DNA from: the human T2T-CHM13v2.0 reference genome, Homo sapiens
Assembly (NCBI RefSeq): GCF_009914755.1
Contig: NC_060934.1
Length of the DNA: 64,000 nucleotides
Strand: one strand, 5' to 3'
This document shows, piece after piece, positions 1 through 18,199 of this stretch. Both the position numbers and the translations under genes were made by a program. The notes under the pieces were generated by a model that was given only the letters and a program-made list of their open reading frames with translations, did no database searches and was not told the DNA's origin. Position 1 is the first letter of the stretch. The number at the start of each line of letters is the position of its first letter.

Positions 1-203
1 CAAACCATGGGGAAAGCCAGAGAGTGAAGGGCTTGGCATCAGCAGGCTGGAAGTTCCTCCATCTCACTAGTTAGGTGACCTTAGAGAGGTGGCCTTGTAG
101 CATGGCATTCGTATTTGGGACTTGGGAAAAGCATTGTGGTAAACAGCAAAGCATTACCTAAACTTCACATTTCAGTACAGTGTAACAAGGGAGAGCAAAC
201 TAA

Positions 204-647
<444 letters not shown>

Positions 648-899
648 TAGTTGCAGGCCTTTTGGCTCTCAGTGGAGGCATTTTCTACTCTGTTCCTGTA
701 CTCCCTGATTAATTCATTCTTTAAAAAAATCCTCTAAGATTAATATTCATCATGGGGGCTCAGAAAATGAAAGTCTTTTATAGAGTAATTCTAAACTCCA
801 GAATAATTCATTTGTTCTGATGCTTATTAAGGACTTGAAGTTGTTTGTTTGCTCTTTCTGTTTTTATAGCCAAATAAAATTTTGCAATACTCATAATAA

Positions 900-1035
900 T
901 ATTTGAGTAGAACTTTGTAGTTTACAAAATACTTTCCACACTCACTCACATTTGAACTTTAACAACCCGAGAGCTAGACAACACAGACACTATTGTGCAC
1001 TTTTACAGATGAGGAAACCTGAGGCTTAGAGAGCA
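900..1035. mobile_element. MIR fragment
   Basis: MIR core ttttacagatgaggaaac-tgaggcttagaga. Confidence 0.6.
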
Positions 1036-1759
1036 GCGTTTAAATCTGGGTCTTTCTGTGGTGCAAATATGAACATATGAATGAAAAATGCTGAACTGTT
1101 TTGTTTTTAACACTTGGGATTACTAAAATGGTATGTTTTTTTAAGCAGTCTCATGAAAGATGTAGATGACTTAAGAAGTATGGATCTATAGGGGATTATG
1201 GAGAGAGAGGGTTATATGTCCCTGATCATTGTGAACAGATACCATGGAAATGGCTTACAAAACCCCTTTTTGTGTCATTGTCAGGAGGAGGATATGAATC
1301 TAAATACTCCTGGCTCTGATTTTGTGCAGGAATTTTCATTTATTTTTGTCCAGTTACTTAGACTAAGGCTAACAAATATATAGTTTCCTTCTGGGCAGAA
1401 ACAGAAGTAATCACAAAGTAAAATAAAGCTTCTTAAAAATGCATTGTCCTAGATTTAAAGAATGTTTCCTTAGAAAATGCTATCTTATTTTGAGATCAAA
1501 GGTCTTGAAGACTCTTAAAATTTCTAAAGTATTATAGAATCAATAAAAATTAGAACTGGGAAAGTCCTTAGAGATTAACTCTAGAACCGTTAAAATATTT
1601 GATCTGGAAGGAACCTTTGAAGAGTCCCAGATCCCCAAATTGTGTGAGGTGAAATTGTATACTGTTGTGTCCTCAGCATCCTGATGGGGCCCATCCAGTC
1701 TCTCCATGGCCTCTTGATTATAGGGGCCTCTTATTGCCTCAAGAATAATCCATTCCACA

Positions 1760-2020
1760 AATACTGTATGATTTCACTTATATGCGATAGCTAGAATAAT
1801 CAAATGCATAGAGACAGAAAGTAGAATGGTGTTTTCCTGGGCTGGGGGAAGAGAATATGGGAAATTATTGTTTAATGGATACAGAGTTTCAGTTTTGCAA
1901 GTTGAAAAGAGTTCTGGAGATAAATGGTGGTAATGGTTGCACAGTATTGTGAACTTACTTAATGCCATTTGAACCACAATTAAAAAAATAAAAACTAAGC
2001 AAATGAAGCGGAAAAAAAAA
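1760..2020 (+). mobile_element. Old L1 (L1M-type) 3' end fragment
   Basis: gagacagaaagtagaatggtg...tttaatggatacagagtttcagttttgcaag...gttctggagat...ggttgcaca, then an A-rich tail. Confidence 0.75.
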
Positions 2021-2509
2021 AGAATCCATTCCATTGCTGGACAGCTGTTGGAAAGGCTCTCTATGATGACTCCTATTGGTGTAAGTTTTGTACTCTGTAA
2101 CCACAAGAACGAATCTAACCCTTTCACCTGGATGAAGACACCCAGCGAGTCCACCCCAGTCTTTTAAAGCTAAGTAGCCTTTGTTCCTTCACTAGGTCAT
2201 AATATTTTGTTTTGTTTTGCTTATACTTTGTTTGAATCATGATCAAGATATGGTTCACACATTGTGATTGGCTGATACGCCCTTTAAATGTCTATTAATC
2301 TAGCGATTCTTCTGTATCTATTTTTTGCTCGCCTATTCACTTGGTCTCCTGTTTAATTTGTTGAAGAAACTGGGCCATTTTTTCCGTAGTGTTTTGGTAC
2401 TAGCATCTCCCCGCTCTATAGATTAACATATTCCTCTGTCCTCTGTATTTCCTCTGAGTCGGTAATGGGCTTGAGAGACCTTGATTTATAAATGTTTGTA
2501 GTCCAACTA

Positions 2510-2860
2510 CTGTCATCCTTTGGCATCTGTGGGGGATTGGGTACAGGACCCCTCCCTCACCCCTCTACCACCACTGATACCAAATTCCATGGATGCTCAA
2601 GTCCCTTATGTAAAATGGTGCAGTATTTGTGTATAACCTATGTACATTCTCCCATATACTTTAAATCATTTCTAGATTACTTACAATAACTAATACAATA
2701 TAAATGCTATGTGAATCATTCTATTGTCTAGGGGATAATGAGAAGAAAAAAACATATATGTTCAGTACAGACAAAACCATCCTTTTTCTTTTCAAATATT
2801 TTGCATTCATGGTTGGTTGAATCCACGGATATTAATCCCGCAGATATAGAGGGCCTACTG
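2510..2860 (+). mobile_element. MER2 (TcMar-Tigger MITE), near full length
   Basis: gggggattgg...ggatgctcaagtcccttat...ttggttgaatccacggat...gagggcc-actg match the MER2 consensus; TA at the left flank. Confidence 0.85.
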
Positions 2861-2924
2861 AAAATAATGATTCAGTTTAGATCTTTTTTGAGAGTAAAGG
2901 GACACAATTTTATCCCCCCCCCCC

Positions 2925-3945
<1,021 letters not shown>

Positions 3946-4129
3946 CATGGTGTTTAGTGGTTACCTTTTTAATAGTTTTAAAAACCATATGCCATTGGTC
4001 ATGGGAGAAATTGTATGGAATAGATTATGAACACATTAGTAAAGAGTTATTGCCACTGATGGAAAGATAATTTTAGACATTTGTTATTCTGAGGAATGGA
4101 GGGGAGGTAGCAAAGTAAGAAATGGGCTC

Positions 4130-4290
4130 TCATGAAGACAGACTTGTGTTTGAGTACAGCTCTACACCTGAACCTATGCAACCTTAAAAATGTTACTTAA
4201 CTTCTTAGATGCTCAATTTCTTTTCTAAAATAGAGATAATACTCATACCGGGCAAGATTGTTAAGATGATTAAATGAGATAGTGCAGGAG
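4130..4290. mobile_element. MIR fragment
   Basis: ttacttaacttct...ctcaatttc...aaaatagagataata...gattaaatgagata. Confidence 0.55.
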
Positions 4291-6288
4291 CAGCCTGTAG
4301 CCTAGCAGCTGCCCCAGGGCCATTGCATGGGAGACAAGGAGATCCTTCCAGAGCACAGTTTGCTGGATGTATTCATCTTTAGACTTATTCATGAGCCTTC
4401 CTTCTTGGGATTAGTTTAAAATATTCAGGCATGTTGTTGGGAAAATGTGATCAACAGGTTAGGTGCCTTTGTGAAATTTCAAAGAAAGGAATTAAGAATT
4501 TGGAGATTTTTGGTATCATTTTCAGACATCTTAAATATAACTTACCTGTAGTAGATTTGTATAGAATCAAATTGCCATTTACTCAGACCTTTTTCTGACT
4601 GGAATCCATTTTACTTTATTATAAGGGATTTTTTTAAACACAGTTTATATGTAGTCTGATTGAGAACAGTGAATCATAATAATCCTGTGACCCATTTACA
4701 TGCGTTACTGTAAAAGTTTCATTTCGTACAAGTGACAATTTTTAAAAGTTAATTAGACTTGGCTACACGGAGGTTAGCAAAAAGTGCTTTGAATTATCAA
4801 TAATTCAGCAGGGCAGACATTTCTGTATAATGCAGTGGTTTTATAGAGTATTGTGAGATAGTTATCCTTAAAATAAATGGTTGTGAGCATACATCAGCAT
4901 GGCGGGGTTCGCTTGAATGTAGCGTGAAGTGATAACATCTATGCTTTCTATTATTGGACAGAGCGCGGGACATCAGTCTTTCTGGCCATGAACTACTAGC
5001 AACCTTTGTCCTTTGTGTTACCTTTAGTTAAAAACGAAAAATGAGCATGAATGCTGGCTGATGGCCATGTCTCTCTCACAGCTAAAAATTCATCTGGGAA
5101 AGAAAAATGGGTTTGGAGATTTGGATTTGTTTCATTGCATGAATGATATGTGACATTCTGTAAATTATTTATCAGTGCAAGGATGACAGCAGTAGCTTGA
5201 ACATTGTTATATCAAATGAAAGCAGGAATCCCGTTAGTAAGAGGACCGGGTTTTAGCTCAAATCTATCAGGGGAATGTTGTCACTTTAAAGCCAGATTGT
5301 TCTTTTAATTGCTATTTAAAGGAACAAAAGTGTTCCCAAGGTACTGCAGTTGAGCAGTTGCAAGTAATAACTATGGATCCATAATTATGCAGTGCTGATT
5401 ATCTGGCATTTAAAAAACTGTGGCTACAGTCAGTGACCAATTTGTTATAGCTTGTCTCTTTTCGTTTTTCTAGTACAGAATGTTTTATAATCTACTTTTT
5501 AACTGGGGCTACAGAAATACATTTGCATAGCTACCTCAGAACGTAAAGCCTGTGCATATTATAAGAACAAATTAAGCTGAAAGTAAAGGGAAGATAATGA
5601 ATGCCCTTGTAAGATGAGATTTGCAGTCATATTAAACAATTTGTGAATGTTTGGTCATGAGATGGTTTTTTGTTTTTGATGACATGTTGTCCCAAGGAAC
5701 TAAGGCATTTGTTGGAATCATTATAACCATTGATTTTTTTTGTTCTTAACTAGCATATATTTCCTTCATGTATTCAGTTAGCAGATATATTTTGAGTGCC
5801 TACTATGCACCAGGAAATGCATTAGGCATTTGGGCTAGAGTGGCTGAACAAATGAAGTTTATTCTATGCTGATGTATATTTAGAGAGTTAGACCTAGCAA
5901 AATCTTGTTTTTAATTTACATTTAAAAACATTTGTGATTATGTTGGGTGTTCTTGCTCTGAATTTTTGATTCATGAGATTCAAATATAGAGACATCATAG
6001 TAACATTCAGATGGCTAGCAGACAACATGTGTGAAGGCTTGGAATATGCGGTAAAATTACAGTTTTCGTAGTTTTGGCTGTTGAAAATAATGTGACCAGA
6101 TCTGTAGGCACTGTCAGCTATTCCTATGGATGGGAATACTAGCATTGCTGATAGTAGTAAATAACAATGGAAATACTAAAATGTATGTAGATTTATACAT
6201 TGTTAAAAGCAATTTTCATACGAGAGTTAAAGGGTGCTAGGGGACTAGACAAATGTTTTGTTGTTTCTTATATAAAGTGGGAATGTCA

Positions 6289-6602
<314 letters not shown>

Positions 6603-7067
6603 GGTGAGAATGTCAGAGATTCAAGGTTTATCTTTTTTGTTTGGTATGGTGTGGTTTACTTTTGAAGACCTTCGTGGCACAAAAGCCTTGTTAATAATGA
6701 CCTTTTCAAGTGTCCCACAGAATCCTGCTCATTCTATTATTCTGTCACCTAAAAACATATAGATATTTTATGTCAAATATTTAGTAGGTGAATAATAGCA
6801 ATCTGCGCTGCAATATTTAATAAAGTCTTAACAGTCTATACATGATATTCATAGACTATAATGCTGAACGAATAATTTATTTTAAGCATATAGATAATAG
6901 AAACAATTGAGATGTCCAATGAATCCTTAATTATGTTCATTTCAGGCAAGCTATATAATATATAAAGGTATTAGATTTCACTGGTTTAATAAAAATGACT
7001 TCTGAGTCATACATTATACTGAAATGTATTCAGGTAGTACTTTAGTGTCAAATAATTTAAGAGATTT

Positions 7068-7325
<258 letters not shown>

Positions 7326-7500
7326 AATATAAGAGTTTTTTTACTAGCAGAAAGTGTTTATTTAAATACGTTATTTAGCAGTTTTTCTTTGTTAAAGAAA
7401 GAAGAAGCTTTAAGTGAAAAATGTAAAAAGCTTTTGATTTTAATGTTTTTACTTTTGAAATGGAAAAGTGACAGTATTTTTTATTTTAATTTTGTCATAG

Positions 7501-7656
<156 letters not shown>

Positions 7657-8164
7657 TAGCTTCATGCTATTTGTCTCTCTATTAAAACTGTATTGTTATT
7701 TAAGGCAGTTATATGGTAATAGCATAGGCTTTAAATTTTAAAAGAAAAAGTAAGGAATAGAGAAAAAAGCGTGAGTATGTTAGTACTGACATATGGATAT
7801 TATATATGCTTATATAATACTATACATATTTATGATTAAGCTTTTATTTTATACCAGCATTGGTAATTCAGTGTGGAGATGTCTGCATTATAGGTAAATT
7901 CCATGTAGAGAATTCTAAGCTTTCAAGCTGAGTACAACCCCATCTTTAAAAATTAATAGCAAAAAATAAGTAAAAATTAAGCTTTTTCTGTTAATCTTCA
8001 AATTTTTTCCCCAGACTACCCAAACTTTTTTCTCCAAAGTCTTGTTTTAAAATTCATGACTATTTCTCTAGTTATAGTAATCTCTAAAAAAAAAAAACAA
8101 AAACAAAAATCGACAGAACACCATAGCTAATTCTTGTTTGGGAAGTCTTGAGATATACTGGCTA

Positions 8165-8400
8165 GGAGCAAACTCAAGAGCCAGCCATAGCCCAGTTCCT
8201 CTGCCTTGAGTTAGTTACTTGATCATTCTGAGCCCCTGTTTCCTCATTAGAAAATTAGAGATAATGGCAGCACCATCCTCTTGGGTTTTATGGGAATGAA
8301 ATGTGAGGGCACAAGTAAACACCCTGGCACAAGGTCTGCAGAACTATGGTAAGTGTACTACAAATGTCAGCAGTGTTATGGTTTAGCATGTTTGATATTG
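8165..8400. mobile_element. MIR fragment
   Basis: ttgagttagttactt...tctgagcccctgtttcctcatt-gaaaat...cctggcaca. Confidence 0.6.
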
Positions 8401-10439
8401 TTATCCTTGATTGCTGCACGTAATTTAAAATCTTATCATCACTTATGACAGCTGCTTGATGGTTGGGTAGAAGAAATGTTTCATGCTGAGGAATGACAGT
8501 GTTGTGTAATGATTCTTATTCCTTATATGAAGGTTTAACGTGATAGGCCCTTTGTGGTTCAGCAGCTTTCAGGTGCTGACTAGAAGGGAGAGCCTTGGAA
8601 ATAAGACATTTCAAACCCTGCTTGAAAAATGCATTCTGACAGTCTTTTTGATGGGCTTTACAGATTCATTAAAATTCTTTTACCTGGCCATGGCATCATG
8701 GATAGTGACAAAAGGGCATGGAAACATTATCTGTACGTTCAGTTTAATACATTTCAGCCCCACGATATCCCTGTTTTATGCTGGTGAGGTAGTGCCTCAC
8801 TCATCAGTTCTGACTCTGTCGTTATCTTTTGGGTTTTCTCACGAGGCTCATTCTGAATGAATTATTCTTTTGTGTAACTGCCTGATCAATTTAGTGGTGT
8901 TCACTTGTCTAGGGTTTACCCTTTGTGGCTTTTAAGGTGGTACTTTAAAAACACCCTTCCCTGTTTTTATTTCTTTAGGATCTATTTGTCTGGGTGCCTA
9001 GACAGATTAAAGATGTACTTAAATGTGGGAAGAAAAGTTCCCTTCATATATTTCCTTACCTCTGGTGATACACTTACTTGAGTTGATAAGAAGTTCGAGA
9101 TCATTATCTTCTAGATCATAACTTCAAGGCCTCCTTCACAGGGTATAAAGGTGTAATTCTAAACAGGTAGATCTTAGATTTTCTGATGTAATCAATCTCC
9201 CTTTGTCTTTCCCGGATTGAAGACCTGCCAGAGGGGAGGTTGATCTCCTTTATGTTTGAGGTCACTGAAAATTTCTTTCCCCTGGTGTTTCTTACTTTTC
9301 GCTCAGACTTTTTCAGGGTAAAGCCAGGGGTGTTTAGGTACAGTGTTATGTTTTCTCTGTTCAAAAATATCCTCTTGTTTTCTCTTTTAACAAATGGAGA
9401 ATAATGACTTGAGGATACTGTCCAGAGGGTTTATGTGGCTGGTGTGGTTTTGTGAGCCAGTCTTCAAGTGGAGAGAGCCAGAGGCTTTGGGGCCAAGGTA
9501 TGGGTCATGGCAGAAATTCAAGCCCTGGGGTCACCATGTCTCTTTGTTGGGGATAAAGGATGCCTCAGAGTGCTTCTCTGGACTCTGCGATGGGATCCGG
9601 CTCTAGTGTTGAAGTTCACTTAATCTTCCCTTGAGTGTGCTGTGCCAGCCTGGATTTGGCTGCTTTAGTCAAAAAAACTATTGTTCCTAACGCAGGGAAA
9701 TGCTTTGTACATATTTATTCATCTGATAAATCAGAAGAATAGACTTTGTTGTTTTTTCCTCTTTAAATTGAAGGGTCAAAATAAAATATAGTTCATTTTA
9801 GGGAGTTTGGGGGTTCTTGTGGTTCTAAGGCTCTGTTTTGACACCTTGGTAATTCTAAGGAAAAAAGAAAACAATAGGCCAGCATACCTCAACAGTGTCC
9901 TCAAATAATGGCGGGAGCCCTGTTGTCACAGTTCAGCATTTCAAGTGGGAATTACAGATTAGTTGGGACTCCTAGTTGACCTTATGGAAATGGCTGCCTT
10001 CTCACTCTCAGAAGAGTCTATTGGTTCTGGGATTGAATTGAGACCGTTCATAATGTTCAAAGGGATCCCAAAATGTAAGTTGTTTATGTGAAAAAATACC
10101 CATAGCAGCATAAAACCAGAAAAAGGAAATATAGATGGCAGCCTGTGGGGAGGATCATTCTTAAATGTGTTTCCCATATGTGCCTGATGCTTTTCAGTCG
10201 TCCCTATCTGAAGTACCATTCATATGATGTCACATTTAGACTCCGCTTAGATTTCATAGATGAGAGTAATAAATGTATCCTTCTGCTTACATCATAAAGT
10301 AAAGCCAATTAGAAATTTATCTGTTTTTAAAGGGGCTCGATGCTTTAAATGGGCAGTATTTTCTTTAACAGTTTTTTTTTCTACTAAAAATTCTTTAAAA
10401 AAAAAAATCATTCAAGTTTATATGTAGTAAAAACGTGAG

Positions 10440-10660
10440 GTGAGGTATGTAGTGCCCGGAGCTCTGAATGTGGTGTCCCTAGCCTGGGTTCCAGTTCTCT
10501 TCCGCCACTTGCTGGGTGTGTAACTTTGGTTTTCCTCATCTGTGGGGTGTAAAGGAGAATGTCTGCACCCTCCATCCACAGAGCTATTGTGGGATCCAGT
10601 GAGAAAATGATAGGAAGATGATCAGTAACTGTAAAACATGAGACAAATGTGAAGGATTAT
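10440..10660. mobile_element. MIR fragment
   Basis: cctgggttccagttct...ccacttgct...tttcctcatctgt. Confidence 0.55.
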
Positions 10661-11347
10661 TCCAGCCACTAATATGAATGTGGGAATCATCAGATAGTCT
10701 AGGTCTGTGGAAGTGTTAGAAATGATTTTACTTGACTTTCATGGATCAGCCTACTTTGAAATTAACACTGTTATATTCTCTTTGCCTCATTAAGACCAAA
10801 TTATCTTTAATTAGCTTCACATAAGTATTAGATATTATACCAAATGAAATTTTGTGTCTGCTGCTCAGATTGCTGGGTGGTTAAATCTTACTTACAGATG
10901 AGTTGTGTGCATGTGTGTTTTCAAATTAGCAAATCTAAGATAAGTGTACAGTTCAAAATTACAGCATCATTCTAAGTGGAAGCTCATTGAAACGGGAGAC
11001 AGAAGAAAGGCTGCTGTGATGCAGCTGGGTGAGTGAGAGAAATCCCTTTTGTACAATAAAGGGAGCAAGAGCCGTGGAGTAGAATATCAGTGCACCCTCG
11101 GGAGACCTGAAGTCTTCCCTGGGTTTGTCTTTATTTGTGTGTTAACCCTGAACAAAATTTGCATGCTCATGGAGGGAACTGGTAGGGGCAGTGTGTGGAT
11201 ATATGGACATATAAAAATATTTTAAAAGACCACTAGTTTCTTAAGGTCACCCCAGGAGTTGGTTGCTTAGTCATCCAGTTTCACATTGACTAGATGCAGA
11301 TTGAATCATTAGGTTGGAAAGAAGACTCTTGACTAGAAAGAAACCTA

Positions 11348-11683
<336 letters not shown>

Positions 11684-11769
11684 AAAGCAGAAAAGATTGG
11701 GGGTTGGGGGAAAGAAGGTGAGCCCCATCCCTGCAAAAGCCCAAAGCATGATTGACCATCCAAAGAGAT

Positions 11770-13050
11770 GTAACTTCACTAAAACTGTGCTTGTCTGGGT
11801 AATAGTGACCTCTTTGTAGCAAAATCTAATGATCATTTTTAAGTGTTTATCAAAATCTAATTGGTATCTTTTAATCCACACCAAATAATTTCTCTTAGTC
11901 ATATTTGATCTTGTAGAGAATCTTTTTTCTTGAAGTGTTCTTTTCCTTTGGCCCCTGTGACACCATATTATCTGTGTTTTTTCTCTACCACTTCTTTCCA
12001 CATATTTTTGTTAGCCCCTTGGTCCTCTCTCCATTCCCTAAATGTTTCTTCAGATGTCTGTCGTGGCCCTGTGTTTGTTACTTTGCCTTGTAGCTTCTAC
12101 TGAGCTTCTGACCCTAGATACAAATAACTATAGAGCTTTTCCAACGAGTCTACCCCCGAGGCACCTCAAAGTTAATATCCAGAACAGCTCATCAACCTTG
12201 CACTGCTTCCTCCACCCAAAACAACAGCCACAACAATAACAACAGAAATCCCAGCAAACAAACAGTATCCCACCTCTCCTGGAGGATTTCCTATATTCAG
12301 CAAGTGGCACACCGTTCGCTACTCACTCAGTTACACAAACTAGACATTTGGAGCCATCCTCTGTCCTATTCTTTCACACCAAGGAATCACCAAAAACACA
12401 TTGATTCTAAATCATAATATGTATCTTGAATGCTAAATTTATCGATGCATCCCCACCAGCCAGCCCCACTCAGATCTGCTGTTATAATGACCTCAATCTA
12501 GGCTTCACCCTTTTTCCTCCAATCCATTTTCCATACTATAGCCTAAGTTACCTTTTTAAGTTATAAATCTGATCACATAATTTCATAAGTGGCTATCAGT
12601 TGCTCTTAGGAGAAATCCATATTCTTTAATATAGCCCCCAAAAACTTCTGGATTGGGCTCTGGTTTAACCCCATCTTACATCACTATTCTGTTCACATTC
12701 TGCACATTGGTTACATTGAACAACTTCTCTCTCCTTGGATATACCTCGTTCATCTCTCCCTCTGTTCATGCCATCTTCCCTGCTCTTCCCCTCTTCTGGT
12801 CCCATCCAATCACATTCATCTTTTGGGTCTCTTTTTTAGGGAGGCCTTTCTCTAACTTCCTGCTAGATTCTCCCATATCCCTAAGCCACCCCATTGTAAG
12901 GCATTAATGCTCATTCTTGTTTAATGTTTGTCTTTCCTGCTGGGCTATGTGATCTGGAAGGGTGGGAACCATGCCTCTCCTTTTCCTCACTGTATCCAGT
13001 GCTCATTAAATATTAGTTGAAGGGAGGAGAGATGGACAGATGGATGGTCA
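11770..13050 (+). mobile_element. L2 (LINE2) 3' portion, degenerate
   Basis: gtgacctct...aaatctaatg; gtgacaccatatt; cacctcaaa-ttaatatcc; ataaatctgatca; ending gtgctcattaaatatt-gttgaa. Confidence 0.7.
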
Positions 13051-13084
13051 GGTAGCCAGTCTGAGGGGCTTAGTGTCTGAGTCG

Positions 13085-13985
<901 letters not shown>

Positions 13986-14275
13986 AGCCTGTGTTTTTTC
14001 TTCCTCAGTACTTTCTCCAAAAAGCTTTTCCACTGGTTTGTAGTTCCATTGGTACTTGTTTAATTTTAAATAGTATTCCTTTGGTTTTGCTAGATAAAAC
14101 TATTGTAAGCTACTAGTACTTGACAATGTATTTGTGTAAAATTGAATGAGTGAATGAATATGTATTATGGCTCTCAAATCTGATAAATTGCAAAATACAA
14201 TAGTAAAACAAACTCCAGAAAGACAAAGCACCATGAAACGTGTCAACAGAGAGAACAAGAATTTTAGAGGAAATT

Positions 14276-14964
<689 letters not shown>

Positions 14965-17117
14965 CTAATTACTATAGATTGTGCAGTAGTATATCAAGAC
15001 ACGTTACGGTCTTTTGTGTTATTTTAAAGTTGGCCATGAGAAAATAAAATGGAAATATTTCTTCATCCCTCAGCATCCTTTACAGAATCATAGAAATTTA
15101 GAACTGTAAGGGATCTATGGCCAATTCTCTTGAGCTAAATAAAGGTAAGATTGCTGCCTAAAGGAAAGATAGGCTGAAGATTTTAGAATTTGATAGGGTA
15201 GCTTAAATAGTAGTAGTTGAGATACAGTATTGCTTAAAGTGAGAGAAACCATTAAGAGAAAGAATATTCCTTGCCCCTGATTGAAAATGGCTGAAATCCA
15301 CTAATTTTCAAACTGCATAATTATTAAAAAGTCTGTCTTTCATAAGATACCTGTGAGAATAAATAGTAAGCTGTAATATGATGTGAATTACCTTAGTTAC
15401 TGAATATTAAGTCACAAAGTACAAAAGCAGATTTGAATGTAGAGAAAAATTCAGTGCGTGAAATTGAGGTCATATGTGCCCATGATATATGCCTTACAGG
15501 AAGTAATAAAAAAGAGGGGGGAAGTAAGTGGTATACTTTTAAGCTGATGGGATCCATTTTAAGGGTGGAATTTAAATTGCTGTTCTTTAAAAGTTAAGTT
15601 TTTACCCTCCTCACTATATAAGGGGACAGAGGGGAGGGCTCTGATCAAAGTAGACCTCTCCCCTCCCCGCTTCAGTGTGCTTCTTAGAAGTCGACAAGCA
15701 AGCTGTCTTTGTTTGCCGTTCCTGAGCAGAAAGAGGAGATTGATACCATTTTTATCTATTCAGACTTTTTCCTTGCATTCATTTGAATGAGAGAAGCCTC
15801 ATAAAAGAACAGTGTCACAGGTTAAATGCATCTGCCTGGGTGTCTCTCCTGCCTGAGGTCATAATCCTGTGACAATATTTTATTTTCTCAACATCTTAAA
15901 TACAGATGTTTAGAGTTTTTTTTTTTTAACTCAGGAATAGTGTGCTTTTATTAACGGTATTGGTGATTGATTTTGAATGTTTTTACTTCAAAAAGCCAAA
16001 TCTCCTGGTGGGTGGAATTTTATGAAGCACCTGTTAAGCTTTAGGGAGGAGGACCTTTTTGGCAGCAATCCAAAATACATATTTAAACAATGAGCCTGCC
16101 AAAGTCAGGAAATTATAAAACAGTTTTGAAATTGCAGAATCTGCTTTTTTTTATTACCCCTCAGGTTTCCTTTGCAGCTTGGTTGTAAGTTCTTTCACAT
16201 GGGATTTACTAATGTTCTTACTATTTAAAGACCAGGTTTAAAAAAATAAAATCAAGTTTGGAGATCTCTTCGGGTTTATGTGATAAAAGACCATTAGATT
16301 TTAAACTGTACAGCCTTCCAAAGAATCTAGGCTCACGCTCCGCACACCTCTTGGAGGAATCTATTACACACTGGCTCATGGCTGGCTCCTTTGAATGGCA
16401 TTGCCCCTCAGGGTCTCCAGTTTTCCTCTGTGAAGTGAGCAGTAAGACCTGGTGTGTGGAGCGCTGCTAGGTGAAAAGTGTGCCCCAAACAGGAAAATGG
16501 GGGAACCTGCTGAGGCCACACTTCTTGGTGGGTCCTGTTTAACCTGGATCTCTCAGCTTCTTAACTCTGTCTCTCAAATTCACTGTTTTCTGCTCCTGCT
16601 TCCAGAGTTTAAACTCAGTGACCCAGGGGCAAGATGGCAATGGAATATCCTCTGTCTAGCCCAGCAATGGGATGTTCTTTGTGTGCTATTGGATTTGGGT
16701 GGGGGAGGGCATCTGTAGTTATGTTAAGCAGCCTCAATTTTTTATTTAGTTATCTGTTGAGTTTTATGATTTCATCACACACAGAGAGCAGGAATTGTTT
16801 GAACTTTGGCAACTCCCCTCAGTGTGTGGCAAACCAGGACCCCCTGGGTAGATGGTGGTTGATGAAGACGGCAAGTACAGGTGCAGGAGTAAGAATGCCT
16901 GAGCCTGTGTTATCTTCAAGTTCTCAAAGGCTTCAGATTGGAATTGGTATAAATTAAGTTCTCTTAGGGAAAACATTCGTACAGTCATTTTGTTACATAC
17001 AGGGAAAGAAGGCAAGGGGAAAAGGCAGAAAGGAAAATCTGTAATTCGGATTCTCTGATCTGTTGGCATTTTCAAGTTCCTAAGGTTCATTGGCTAGCCT
17101 CATCAGCTATCTATTAA

Positions 17118-17345
<228 letters not shown>

Positions 17346-17535
17346 TAATTTCCAGTGTTAAGGTGTTTTCATTTTTATAGAGTATGGCTACTTTCTTTCT
17401 AAAGCTTTAAATACACATGATGTCAAACTGCAACCAGGATCTTGGTGCACTTTCCTTATATTGTATTAATGTTAATCCAGTAACAAAAGAATTTTTGGCC
17501 TTTTACAGTTGGTTTCAGTCTCAATTAGTCTCTAA

Positions 17536-17784
<249 letters not shown>

Positions 17785-17810
17785 TAGAGGAGTATAAAAG
17801 CATAGAAAAA

Positions 17811-17848
17811 AATACATATATATATGTGTATATATATACATATATATA
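17811..17848. repeat. (TA)n-type microsatellite
   Basis: aatacatatatatatgtgtatatatatacatatatata. Confidence 0.85.
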
Positions 17849-18199
17849 AAATAAAGGCTCTAATTCAGACCCAGGGATGAAAAGACCATCTCTCTCTCCA
17901 AACCATTCCCCTATTAGAATAAGATTAGATTATTAAGGTCAAAAGTTTAGAACACTTTCCATATTATTCAGCACAGTGTTAAGAGCTTAACAAATTTTAT
18001 ATTTTTGAGGATGATAGTGACTCCAAAGTCCTACAACAGGAAGCCATCACCATTTTCTTGGCCATTAGTTGATATTTTGAACACGAGCATCTGAATGATC
18101 TTATAGCTGATTGTGTCTGATGGAATGTGGATTTTCTTCTGTTTATTGTGTAAATCAGCTAAGCTCAGCCTTTTCCCCTCATTTTGCAATATATTAAAC

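Noticed and set aside
9958-10080. Possible cryptic exon ending at AAT|gtaagt
   Set aside because: Good donor, but the upstream attacag has a purine-rich context with no pyrimidine tract
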